Of a stretch of 64,000 nt of DNA, positions 28,618 through 38,007 are shown one piece after another; the stretch's first letter is position 1; each line of letters begins with the position of its first letter. The position numbers were made by a program, and so were the translations under genes. A model generated the notes under the pieces. It ran no database searches and had not been told where the DNA came from. It saw only the letters and a program-made list of their open reading frames with translations. The stretch is taken from positions 7,259 through 71,258 of the forward strand of contig CAYOTC010000003.1 of the NCBI GenBank assembly GCA_964406815.1, given 5' to 3'. This stretch comes from an uncultured Bdellovibrionales bacterium. Its GTDB lineage: Bacteria > Patescibacteriota > Minisyncoccia > Moranbacterales > UBA2206.

Positions 28618-29362
28618 ACCACATAATCGGGTTTATTCGATGCCATTTATTGGTAGCTATCTTAGCTCTCCTGGCAATGGCGCGATTTTCCTTTTTGTTA
28701 TACTGATCATTTATCCAGGTTGTTGCTTTTCCGATTTCATCTCCAATGGAATCAGCGATGGAGTCTATCTTGATCCAAACAGCCTTGGCATTAGATGTTG
28801 ATTTTTCGATTAGTTCTTCCAGTGTTACCTTGTCCTGATTGTTCTTGCCAAAATGCATTATTCTCTGCTCGAGAGCAGCTAGTTTTGCATTTTTGTTCGG
28901 AAGGACGGAAATTCTGAAAAAGATCATCTTCCAAATTTCTTTGGCGAGGATATGTCTTTTGGTAGGATCAGGATCCTCAATGGATTTATCTTCAGCAATC
29001 AGGAAGATTATACCCTTTGCCATTTTTTCCATTTTTTTCAACTTTACGATCTGATCAGGAGCCTTTCCGGTAAAATCAGGAAAGAGCATTTCAGCATGCT
29101 TTTCCAAAAATAGTTCTTTGAGTTCATCGGAGACTTCCGTATTGGGTATATTGGAAAGCGAAGAAATGAAAGCCATTTCATCGTTTCTGTCTCTGCCGTT
29201 TTTTGAAATTTCTATAATTTTCTCTCCTAATTTTTTGGTAAGTTCAGGGTGATTTAAAATGAACTTATCAAATAAAGGCTTTACAAAGACATGTAACGCT
29301 GTCAACCAAGAAACCAATCCTTCAATTTTTCCTCCTAGCATAATTTTTCTCCTTTTCTCCAC
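28592..29362 (-). CDS. hypothetical protein
   Basis: 256-aa ORF, co-directional and overlapping with 27544..28617. Confidence 0.45.
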   Translation of the reverse strand: MEKRRKIMLGGKIEGLVSWLTALHVFVKPLFDKFILNHPELTKKLGEKIIEISKNGRDRNDEMAFISSLSNIPNTEVSDELKELFLEKHAEMLFPDFTGKAPDQIVKLKKMEKMAKGIIFLIAEDKSIEDPDPTKRHILAKEIWKMIFFRISVLPNKNAKLAALEQRIMHFGKNNQDKVTLEELIEKSTSNAKAVWIKIDSIADSIGDEIGKATTWINDQYNKKENRAIARRAKIATNKWHRINPIMWFEWFRDQF

Positions 29363-29665
29363 TTCTCAGTGGAAATGCTATTGATATTATTTTGTCAAAG
29401 AGCCCGACTTCGGCTCATTATATATGTTTGCCTAGTTACCTCCTTTGGTAACACTCTATACTAGCACAAAAAACGAAAAAAGTCAATCGATATTATGGCT
29501 TAAATAAGGAATAAATATTTCTGTATATAAAGGAAGGAGAATTAAGGTGGAAAAAAATATGAGAAAAAACATATTTTTTGGCTTAAATTAAGCTAAAATA
29601 GGCAAAAATCAGACAAAAATGTCTGATTTTTGCCTAAAAATGCTTTATTTAAGGTATTTTTTATA

Positions 29666-29691
29666 GATTCCGGACTAAATCCGGAATGACA
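29666..29691. repeat. short palindromic repeat GATTCCGGACTAAATCCGGAATGACA
   Basis: Family GATTCYGRA-N5-TYCRGAATGACA. Confidence 0.55.
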
Positions 29692-29768
29692 ACTTTTAGT
29701 GTATTTTAATAGGTGGTATTTATAAAAATGGCTTATTTATACTATTTATTATTATTTAACTAGCATTT

Positions 29769-29794
29769 TGTCATTCTGAACTAGTTTCAGAATC
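29769..29794. repeat. short palindromic repeat in inverse orientation (TGTCATTCTGAACTAGTTTCAGAATC)
   Basis: Same family. Confidence 0.55.
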
Positions 29795-29887
29795 TTTTAA
29801 TTTATAAAAAATTTCTTTTTTTATCTTATAAATTAATAAAACTAACCTATTTCAGCTTTTTTTAAATAATTAAAAAATAAATTTTTA

Positions 29888-29913
29888 GATTCCGGATCAA
29901 GTCCGGAATGACA
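29888..29913. repeat. short palindromic repeat GATTCCGGATCAAGTCCGGAATGACA
   Basis: Same family. Confidence 0.55.
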
Positions 29914-30027
29914 GGAATTATTTTTTCAATATAATTTGACATATTCAAAGGTTTTCTGCTAGAATCCGGTTGAAGGATAGTTACTGGAAGTTCGCTTGAA
30001 GCGAACTTTATTTATTAAATGGCTTAA

Positions 30028-30429
30028 TTGCTGAATGGTTATATGGCTGAAAAGAGTGAAAAGAAATATCTTACACTAAATCAGATAGGAGCTTATAGAA
30101 AATCATTTAATTTATCTAATTACGGATGGGATATAATTTTCAAGTGGGATAATTTTTCTAAAAATACTATTGGAAGCCAATTTGTGAGATCATTAGATTC
30201 GATTTCTGCTAATATCGCCGAAGGATTTGGAAGGTACGGAAAGAAAGATAAGATAGTTTTTTATAGAATCGCCAGGGCATCGGTTTATGAATCATTGGAT
30301 TGGTTAGAAAAATCAAGAAGAAAACTTATCAAAGAGAAGGACTATGAATATATTTTTTCAATACTGCAAAATTTTCCGAAAGAAATAAATGCACTTATAA
30401 AATACACAAATAACAATTTATCAATATAA
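30028..30429 (+). CDS. four-helix-bundle protein (family commonly found inside 23S rRNA intervening sequences)
   Basis: SISANIAEGFGRY...FYRIARASVYESLDWL signature. Confidence 0.75.
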   Translation: MLNGYMAEKSEKKYLTLNQIGAYRKSFNLSNYGWDIIFKWDNFSKNTIGSQFVRSLDSISANIAEGFGRYGKKDKIVFYRIARASVYESLDWLEKSRRKLIKEKDYEYIFSILQNFPKEINALIKYTNNNLSI

Positions 30430-30450
30430 CCATTTAACAATTTATTTACT

Positions 30451-31806
30451 ATGCCAAGAAAAAAAACAACTGCAAAAAGCGAAGACCAGAATCCGGCGGG
30501 GAAAGTCGGGGATTTTGGAAGCGCGATCGCTCAAATTTGTGATGAAAAAGGGATCTCCAAGGACAAAGTAATCGAGACGATTGAAGCGGCTCTTTCCGCC
30601 GCCTATAAAAAAGATTATGGCAAGAAAGGCCAGAACATCAAAGCTATCTTCAATGAAGTCGATGGCAGCACCAAATTCTTTCTAGTGAAAGAAGTGGTGG
30701 ATGAAACGATGCGGGAATTTGTCGAGGAAGAAGAGGAGGAAGTGGAAAATGTAACTGAAGAAAAAAATAAGAAAGATGAAGAAAATATCTCCGAGACAGA
30801 AGAGGAGACTGATGAAGAAAAAATGCCTCGTTTCAATCCGGAACGCGATCTGACTGTTGAACAAGCGAAGGAATTGAAAGCTGATGCGGTGGTTGGAGAT
30901 GTTATTGAAATTGCTCTTCCGGAACAGAAAGATTACGGCCGTGTTGCAGCGCAGACTGCCAAGCAAGTTATTATTCAGCGGATCCGCGAAGCCGAAAGAG
31001 ATTCGATGTATGACGAATATAAGAACAAAGAAGGAGAAGTGATAAGCGGAGTGGTCCAAAGAATCGAAGGACGCAACGTTTTCATTGATTTGGGAAAATC
31101 TATCGGTGTGCTTTTCCCGGCGGAACAGATTGAACGGGAAAGCTATCGGATCGGACAAAGGATAAAAGTATATCTCCAAAAAGTTGATGCCGGATCAAAA
31201 GGTCCGGGCATTACTTTAAGCCGGACTAGTCCGGATATGATTAAGAAACTTTTCGAACTAGAGGTGCCGGAAATTTTTGCGGGAACGGTGGAGATAAAGT
31301 CTATTGCTCGGGAAGCCGGTGAAAGATCGAAAATTGCCGTTTCTTCAACTGAAGAGGGAATCGATCCGATTGGATCTTGTGTTGGACAAAAAGGCACCAG
31401 AGTGCAAGCGATAATCGATGAGCTTGGAGGAGAAAAAATAGACATCATTCTCTGGAATGATAACATTGCGAAATTTATTTCAGCAGCTCTTAGTCCGGCG
31501 AAAGTTTTGAAAGTCGATGTCAATGAAGCGACGAAGGAAGCGACGGTGGTTGTGCCGGAAGAACAGCTTTCATTGGCAATCGGAAAGCGCGGACAAAATG
31601 TTCGGCTGGCGGCTAAACTTACCGGTTGGAAAATCGATATTTCCGGAGCAACCATAAAAGGCGAGGAGGATGAAGAGATTAACGAAGAAGATTTGGACAA
31701 GATGATTGAGGAAGCGGAAGATGTTTCAGAAGAAAAAGAAGAAGTGAAAGAAGAGACAAAAAAAGAAGTTAAAGAAGAAATTGTTGAAGAAAAAACTGAA
31801 GAATAA
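30451..31806 (+). CDS. nusA: transcription termination/antitermination factor NusA with acidic insert and acidic C-terminal tail
   Basis: NusA N-terminal domain (KGISKDKVIETIEAALSAAYKKDYG), S1 domain (GEVISGVVQRIEGRNVFIDLG), two KH domains (GSCVGQKGTRVQAII, GKRGQNVRLAAKLTGWKIDI). Confidence 0.9.
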   Translation: MPRKKTTAKSEDQNPAGKVGDFGSAIAQICDEKGISKDKVIETIEAALSAAYKKDYGKKGQNIKAIFNEVDGSTKFFLVKEVVDETMREFVEEEEEEVENVTEEKNKKDEENISETEEETDEEKMPRFNPERDLTVEQAKELKADAVVGDVIEIALPEQKDYGRVAAQTAKQVIIQRIREAERDSMYDEYKNKEGEVISGVVQRIEGRNVFIDLGKSIGVLFPAEQIERESYRIGQRIKVYLQKVDAGSKGPGITLSRTSPDMIKKLFELEVPEIFAGTVEIKSIAREAGERSKIAVSSTEEGIDPIGSCVGQKGTRVQAIIDELGGEKIDIILWNDNIAKFISAALSPAKVLKVDVNEATKEATVVVPEEQLSLAIGKRGQNVRLAAKLTGWKIDISGATIKGEEDEEINEEDLDKMIEEAEDVSEEKEEVKEETKKEVKEEIVEEKTEE

Positions 31807-31885
31807 TAAATGTTCAAAATGTTTAAATTGTTGTAAGTGTTCTAAATGTTAGTGTTAATAATTTAATTAATTCATACCAAAACCT

Positions 31886-33874
31886 ATGGCAACGATATTT
31901 ATCCTGGGGGGAGCGGTAATGGCGATAATCTATGGCCTTACTCTCATCGAAAGTATCACCAAACTTCCGGAAGGAAATGAAAAGATGCGCTCAATCGCGA
32001 AAGCGATTCAGGAGGGCGCGAAAGCTTATCTTAATCGCCAATACAAAACAGTGGCGATAGTTGCAGCAGTATTGTTCGTGATAATTTGGTTAATTAAACC
32101 GCTCGGACTTTCAACCGCAGTGGCTTTCATCATTGGGGCTTTCCTTTCAGCATTGGCTGGATATATCGGAATGAATGTTTCCGTGAGAGCAAATGTAAGG
32201 ACAACGGAAGCAGCTCGAGGTGGAATGCAAAAAGCTTTGAATGTGGCTTTTCAAGGAGGAACCATAACCGGACTTTTAGTTGTAGGACTTGCACTTTTAG
32301 GAACAGCCGGTTTTTATTTCATAACCAGAGATATTCATGCTCTCGTCGGATTTGGATTCGGAGGATCATTGATTTCAATTTTTGCTCGTTTAGGAGGAGG
32401 AATTTTCACTAAAGCAGCGGATGTAGGAGCAGACTTAGTCGGAAAAGTGGAAGCAGGAATTCCCGAAGACGATCCGAGAAATCCAGCGGTTATTGCTGAC
32501 AATGTGGGAGATAATGTCGGGGATTGCGCCGGAATGGCAGCGGATCTTTTTGAGACATATTCAGTCACTTCAATTGCGACAATGATTTTGGGTGCGCTTA
32601 TTTTCGGCAATTATGCGGAAAGCGCTATTTTATACCCCCTGGTGCTTGGAGCAATTTCAATCATTGCTTCAATCATCGGAACTTTCTTTGTAAGACTGGG
32701 AAAGAAAAAAAATATAATGGGCGCTCTTTACAAGGGTCTTATCGCTTCGGGAATAATTTCCGCGGTAGCTTTTTATCCGGCGACTAAATATATAATGGAA
32801 GATAATGGAAAATACTCTAGTTTAAATTTATATTTTGCATCTCTTGTCGGATTAGTTGTGACTGGCGCAATGGTTATTATTACAGAATATTACACTTCGA
32901 CGAGCTATAAGCCGGTGAAAGATATTGCCAAAGCATCGCAAACCGGACACGGAACAAATGTTATTGCGGGACTTGCAGTTTCGATGAAATCGACTGCTTT
33001 GCCGATAATTGTGATTGTGGCAGCCACATTGATTTCTTTTGAACTTGCGGGAATATACGGAGTAGCGGTGAGCGCAATGGCGATGCTTTCGATGGCTGGA
33101 ATAATCGTGGCGATTGACGCCTACGGACCGATTACTGACAATGCTGGGGGAATTGCGGAAATGGCGGAACTGGGAGATGATGTGAGAGATATTACTGATC
33201 CATTAGACGCAGTCGGCAACACCACTAAGGCAGTAACTAAGGGTTATGCGATTGCCTCGGCGGCTTTGGCGGCTCTGGTTTTATTTTCCGATTTTACTCA
33301 TAAGATTGTTGGAGATGTGGAATTCTTAATCGATGATCCGAAAGTTTTGGCGGGACTTTTTATTGGTGGACTTTTACCTTATTATTTTGGCGCGCTTTCG
33401 ATGCAGGCGGTTGGCAAAGCGGCCGGGGCGGTTGTGGAAGAAGTGAGGAGCCAATTTAAAAACAAACCCGGAATAATGACGGGAACTGAGAAGCCTGATT
33501 ATGCTAGCGCAGTGGATATTGTGACGAAAGCTGCAATCAAAGAAATGATTATCCCGGCTCTTATTCCGGTAGTTGTTCCGATTTTAGTTTGGGCGCTTCT
33601 GGACATTCAAGGGTTGGGAGGTCTTTTGGTCGGAACGATTGTGACAGGAATATTTGTGGCAATCTCGATGACCAGTGGAGGAGGAGCTTGGGACAACGCC
33701 AAGAAATATATTGAAAAAGGAAATTTTGGCGGCAAAGGTTCATTTGCTCATCAAGCGGCCGTGACCGGAGACACTGTCGGCGATCCATACAAAGATACAG
33801 CCGGACCAGCCATTAATCCAATGATAAAAATCGTTAATATTGTAGCTCTTCTCATTGTCGGTTGTTTGCTCTAG
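31886..33874 (+). CDS. hppA: membrane-bound proton (or sodium)-translocating pyrophosphatase
   Basis: [41 protein letters not shown], and 15-16 TM helices. Confidence 0.9.
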   Translation: MATIFILGGAVMAIIYGLTLIESITKLPEGNEKMRSIAKAIQEGAKAYLNRQYKTVAIVAAVLFVIIWLIKPLGLSTAVAFIIGAFLSALAGYIGMNVSVRANVRTTEAARGGMQKALNVAFQGGTITGLLVVGLALLGTAGFYFITRDIHALVGFGFGGSLISIFARLGGGIFTKAADVGADLVGKVEAGIPEDDPRNPAVIADNVGDNVGDCAGMAADLFETYSVTSIATMILGALIFGNYAESAILYPLVLGAISIIASIIGTFFVRLGKKKNIMGALYKGLIASGIISAVAFYPATKYIMEDNGKYSSLNLYFASLVGLVVTGAMVIITEYYTSTSYKPVKDIAKASQTGHGTNVIAGLAVSMKSTALPIIVIVAATLISFELAGIYGVAVSAMAMLSMAGIIVAIDAYGPITDNAGGIAEMAELGDDVRDITDPLDAVGNTTKAVTKGYAIASAALAALVLFSDFTHKIVGDVEFLIDDPKVLAGLFIGGLLPYYFGALSMQAVGKAAGAVVEEVRSQFKNKPGIMTGTEKPDYASAVDIVTKAAIKEMIIPALIPVVVPILVWALLDIQGLGGLLVGTIVTGIFVAISMTSGGGAWDNAKKYIEKGNFGGKGSFAHQAAVTGDTVGDPYKDTAGPAINPMIKIVNIVALLIVGCLL

Positions 33875-33977
33875 GATTTTTTAACGCATAGGGATTTGAG
33901 TTTTTGCAAATCATTATTTTGTTTTTATTATGGCGGAGTAGAAAAGAAATAATCCATTAAATTAATCAATAAAGAAA

Positions 33978-35261
33978 ATGATAAAAAAATTGCCGAAATC
34001 TAAAATAGAAATAGAGCGGGAAATCGCTTGGAAAGATTGGGAAAATTATATCAATCAAGCAGTGGCGGAAATATCGGAAGAGTTTAAATTCCCGGGATTT
34101 CGTCCGGGGAAAGCTCCGAGAAATCTTGTCGAGCAACGTGTCGGGAAAGAAATGATTCTCAATAATGCGGCGGAAAAAGCGATTCGGAAAGATTATGTTG
34201 ATTTTGTCGTGAAAGAAAAAATTGAAACGATTGGAAATCCGGAGGTTGAAATAAAAAAAATTGAAGAAGGTAATGAGCTTGTTTATTCTGCCAAAGTCGA
34301 TGTGATGCCGGAAGTTGAATTGAAAGATGAATACAGGGAAAAAATGAAGAAAATAAATCAGGAATATGAAGACAAAACTCCGGAAGCGGATGAAGAAGAA
34401 TTGAAGCTTGAATTGGAAAGATTGGCAAACAGTCGAGCGAAATTGGTGACAGTGAATCGCGAAGCGAAAAACGGGGATGCGGTTGTAGTGGATTTTTCCG
34501 TGAGTGTCGGCGGGGCAGTAATTGAAGGCGGAACCAGTAAAGATCATTCTTTGATTATCGGAAAAGGAGTTTTTATTCCCGGCTTTGAAGAAAATATTAT
34601 CGGAATGAAGTTGGATGATGAAAAAGAATTCGAACTTAATTTTCCGAAAGATTATCACAAGAAAGATTTGGCGGGGGTTTTGGCAACCTTCAAGGTGAAA
34701 ATGAAACTTGTCCAAGAGAGGCAGATTCCGGAGATTAATGACGAATTTGCCAAGTCGCTCGGAAAATTTGAAAATCTTGAAGCGCTCAAAAATAATATGC
34801 GCGATGGGATGAAGCACGAGAACGAACATAAAATCAAAGAAGAGAAAAATGCGAAATTTGTAGAAGCGATGGTTTTAAGTCTGGAAGGAGAAATTCCGGA
34901 AGCGTTGATTGCTCAGGAATTGGATAAGATGCTTCATGAATTCGAATATCAAATTCAATCAATGCAAATGAATTTGGACGATTATTTTTCCAAGATTGGA
35001 AAAACCAAAAAAGATATTGAGAAAGAGTGGGAACCGCAGGCGATAAAAAGAGTGAAATCCGCCTTGGCTCTCCGAGAAGTTGCCAAAAAAGAAGAAGTAA
35101 AAGCAACCTCTGAAGAAGTGGAAGCTGAAATGAATAAGACTTTGCAATACTACAAAAATGTCAAAGATTTCGAGAAGAATATTGATATGGAAAGATTGTA
35201 TAACTATTCGAAGTCTATTTTGGAAAATGAAAAAGTTTTCCAGATATTGGAAAAGATGTAA
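33978..35261 (+). CDS. tig: trigger factor
   Basis: FKFPGFRPGKAPRNLVEQR N-domain and FKBP-type PPIase middle domain. Confidence 0.9.
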   Translation: MIKKLPKSKIEIEREIAWKDWENYINQAVAEISEEFKFPGFRPGKAPRNLVEQRVGKEMILNNAAEKAIRKDYVDFVVKEKIETIGNPEVEIKKIEEGNELVYSAKVDVMPEVELKDEYREKMKKINQEYEDKTPEADEEELKLELERLANSRAKLVTVNREAKNGDAVVVDFSVSVGGAVIEGGTSKDHSLIIGKGVFIPGFEENIIGMKLDDEKEFELNFPKDYHKKDLAGVLATFKVKMKLVQERQIPEINDEFAKSLGKFENLEALKNNMRDGMKHENEHKIKEEKNAKFVEAMVLSLEGEIPEALIAQELDKMLHEFEYQIQSMQMNLDDYFSKIGKTKKDIEKEWEPQAIKRVKSALALREVAKKEEVKATSEEVEAEMNKTLQYYKNVKDFEKNIDMERLYNYSKSILENEKVFQILEKM

Positions 35262-35313
35262 ATGTTATTATTGAAGAATTAAAATTTTTCAATAATTTAT
35301 TAAAATTAATTTT

Positions 35314-35898
35314 ATGAAAAATCAATATCTTATTCCGACGGTCATTGAAAAAACTAGTTATGGCGAGCGGGTTTATGATATCTATTCCAGACTTCTTAGG
35401 GATCGCATTATATTTCTTGGCGGACCGATTGACGACGGTGTAGCTAATAGTATTATTGCCCAGTTACTTTTTTTGGATTCGCAAAATTCAAAAGAAGATA
35501 TAAAAATCTATATCAATTCTCCCGGCGGACAAGTGACTTCGGCTTTGGCGATATATGATACGATGCAATATGTGAAAGCGGATGTTTCCACGATTTGTAT
35601 CGGCATGGCGGCTTCTGCGGCGGCGCTTCTTCTTGCAGCCGGAGAAAATGGAAAAAGGATAATCTTGCCGAACGGGGAAGTGATGATCCATCAGGTGATG
35701 GGTGGAACGCAAGGACAAGCGACTGATATAGATATCCACGCCAAACATATTTTGAGTATCAAAGAACGCTTGAATGAAATTCTTTCGAAGCATACCGGAC
35801 AAACGCTTTCAAAAGTTTCAGCGGACACGGAGCGTGATTATTTCATGAGCGCGATGGAAGCCAAAAAATACGGCGTAGTGGATAAGATTATAAAATAG
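35314..35898 (+). CDS. clpP: ATP-dependent Clp protease proteolytic subunit
   Basis: Catalytic Ser in [11 protein letters not shown], with His and Asp; [15 protein letters not shown]. Confidence 0.95.
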   Translation: MKNQYLIPTVIEKTSYGERVYDIYSRLLRDRIIFLGGPIDDGVANSIIAQLLFLDSQNSKEDIKIYINSPGGQVTSALAIYDTMQYVKADVSTICIGMAASAAALLLAAGENGKRIILPNGEVMIHQVMGGTQGQATDIDIHAKHILSIKERLNEILSKHTGQTLSKVSADTERDYFMSAMEAKKYGVVDKIIK

Positions 35899-35917
35899 AT
35901 TTTTCTTGAATAAATAA

Positions 35918-35950
35918 AAAACCGCTTAAATAAGGCGGTTTTTTTAAATA
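35918..35950 (+). terminator. rho-independent terminator after clpP
   Basis: ACCGCTTAAATAAGGCGGT followed by TTTTTTT. Confidence 0.5.
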
Positions 35951-36061
35951 TGGTCTTTGGCTATTGACATAAGTGATATTGTATGATATAAATGTTGGTT
36001 ATTCTATTTTGGGTAATGTGGATTTCTTTAAAAAAATAATAAAAAATTAAGGAGAGAAAAA

Positions 36062-36847
36062 ATGAAAAAAATGCTCACAGTTTTAGTAGTATTGGCAATG
36101 ATGGGATTGTTGGTTGGTTGTAATGATGAAACAAAAAATGTAACAACAGAATCTTCGACCTATGTGACGACAATAGAATCATCTGAGAGTGAGGAAGTAA
36201 TAGAATATTCTATTAATAAAAATCCTAACACCGATGATCCAGCAGTGGGAATGTTTCAGGTTTGGGATGGTATTTGGCATTCTATTTCAGCTGAAATAGA
36301 TGGCACAATAGTTGTTATATTGTATTCAACGGACCTTGGAGTCGATCAAGAAGACGGGTTCATGATTGAATTTAATGGTGGACCATATTTCATCCCAGAA
36401 GGAGAGCCTTTGAGGCTTCTTTCGGGTCATCAGTATGACCTTTTTGTTTCCCGCGTTTTTAATACAGACAGAGGTTTGGTCGTGGGAAGTGGAGAATTTT
36501 TTTCAATTAATCCGGACGGAGAATATTATCCGGATGAGACATTTGATCTCGAAACAATTGGCGAAATATATACATTTTTGTATGCGCCAAAGTTAAGAGT
36601 TAATTTGTCTACTGCCAGTCTGACAGTTTTTTCGGATGGTTTGCCAGACGACGTAAAAGTACGATTCGATTCTATAGTTGACGATATGGAATCTATTGTG
36701 AATTATATTGATTTGGCAGATGAGACTATAACTTTACCTGAGGATAATTGGTACAATTCAATTTTTGCTCAGGCGAGAATCTATGATGTCAAAAATAACC
36801 GAGTGATAGTTACAGAATCGGTTAAAGCATCATATCGAATAAAGTAG
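36062..36847 (+). CDS. lipoprotein, hypothetical
   Basis: RBS AAGGAGAG; lipobox LLVGC. Confidence 0.5.
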   Translation: MKKMLTVLVVLAMMGLLVGCNDETKNVTTESSTYVTTIESSESEEVIEYSINKNPNTDDPAVGMFQVWDGIWHSISAEIDGTIVVILYSTDLGVDQEDGFMIEFNGGPYFIPEGEPLRLLSGHQYDLFVSRVFNTDRGLVVGSGEFFSINPDGEYYPDETFDLETIGEIYTFLYAPKLRVNLSTASLTVFSDGLPDDVKVRFDSIVDDMESIVNYIDLADETITLPEDNWYNSIFAQARIYDVKNNRVIVTESVKASYRIK

Positions 36848-36967
36848 TTTCAAAGCCCCGCTTAAAATATAAGCGGGGCTTGATTTTTTTAAAAATTATA
36901 TTTGACAAAAAACAGAAAATGGAGTATCAAGGTTAGTATTATAAATATATTTTTAGGAGGATATAGG

Positions 36968-37360
36968 ATGAGAAAATTTGTTCTTTTTATGGCAACACTG
37001 GCAATTGTTTCGTGGAGTGTGGCTTCCCAAGCAGATGTACACCTTATAACTTATTTGTGCGGTTTTTACAGCACAGTGAATGGTGAGTGTCATATTACCA
37101 ACTCCAAAGTTGGAGAAAAAAAATGGATAATCAGTAAGGATGCCGAAATCTTTCTAGATGGAAAGAAATCCTCACTTGCAGACCTTGAAGGTAAGTCATT
37201 AGTTGTAGAAATTTATTTTATGGTCGCTCCGAGGGAAAATGCTAAAGATAGATATGAGGCGATTGTTATGAAGGCGACAGCTGTTTCCAAGGAGGATGCG
37301 GAGGCTGGTATTGTCGTGAAAACAATAAACTTAGAATTGGAGCCAAATATAGAGAAATAA
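36968..37360 (+). CDS. small secreted protein, paralog A of a tandem duplicated cassette
   Basis: RBS TAGGAGGA; signal peptide; YLCGFYSTVNGECHITNSK...LDGKKSSLADLEGK shared with 37540..37929. Confidence 0.5.
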   Translation: MRKFVLFMATLAIVSWSVASQADVHLITYLCGFYSTVNGECHITNSKVGEKKWIISKDAEIFLDGKKSSLADLEGKSLVVEIYFMVAPRENAKDRYEAIVMKATAVSKEDAEAGIVVKTINLELEPNIEK

Positions 37361-37539
37361 AAAATATTTTTCTCCAATTCTATTTTAAAGACCCGTAGTT
37401 TTGATTAACCAACGGGTCTTTGTTTTTTATTATCTCAAAGTATCAAATATGTTTTTGTCATTACAAATTTATATTTGACAAAAAACGAAAAATGGCGTAG
37501 TAATATTAACATTAAAAACATTTTAGGAGGATATTGAAG

Positions 37540-37929
37540 ATGAAAAAAATAGTTCTTTTTATGGCAATGCTGATGATTGCTTCGTGGGGAGCGATTTCCC
37601 ATGCAGATCCGACATTGATAAGGTATGTGTGCGGTTTTTATAGCACAGTGAATGGCGAAGGTCACATTACTAACTCTAAAGGTGGAGAAGATGACTGGAG
37701 GATCAGCAAAGACGTCGCCATTTATTTGGACGGCAAAAAATCTTCACTTGCCGATCTTGAAGGCAAACCTTTAAGTATAAAAATAGAATTTACATTCACT
37801 ACAGTCAACAATAAAGATGATCATGAAGCAGTTGTTATGAAAGCAAGAACTGTTTCGAAAGAAGAGGCAGTATCCGGCGTTGTGCTAGCACAAGATAAAT
37901 TATCCTGGAATATAATCAGAGAAGAATAA
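37540..37929 (+). CDS. small secreted protein, paralog B of a tandem duplicated cassette
   Basis: Same RBS, signal peptide and core as paralog A; upstream TTGACA element and downstream AAAGACCCGT...ACGGGTCTTT terminator are also duplicated. Confidence 0.5.
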   Translation: MKKIVLFMAMLMIASWGAISHADPTLIRYVCGFYSTVNGEGHITNSKGGEDDWRISKDVAIYLDGKKSSLADLEGKPLSIKIEFTFTTVNNKDDHEAVVMKARTVSKEEAVSGVVLAQDKLSWNIIREE

Positions 37930-38007
37930 TGCTTCTCTCAGGTTAAAATTTAAAGACCCGTATATCGTTTACGGGCCTTTTTTTATTACAAAAGTTTTTT
38001 AGATTTT

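Noticed and set aside
31143-31817. 224-aa minus-strand Ser-rich ORF
   Set aside because: Antisense to nusA; its Ser-rich composition is the mirror of the E/K-rich nusA tail.
33966-34829. 287-aa minus-strand ORF
   Set aside because: Antisense to the well-supported trigger factor gene; low-complexity F/I/N-rich translation typical of AT-rich antisense frames.
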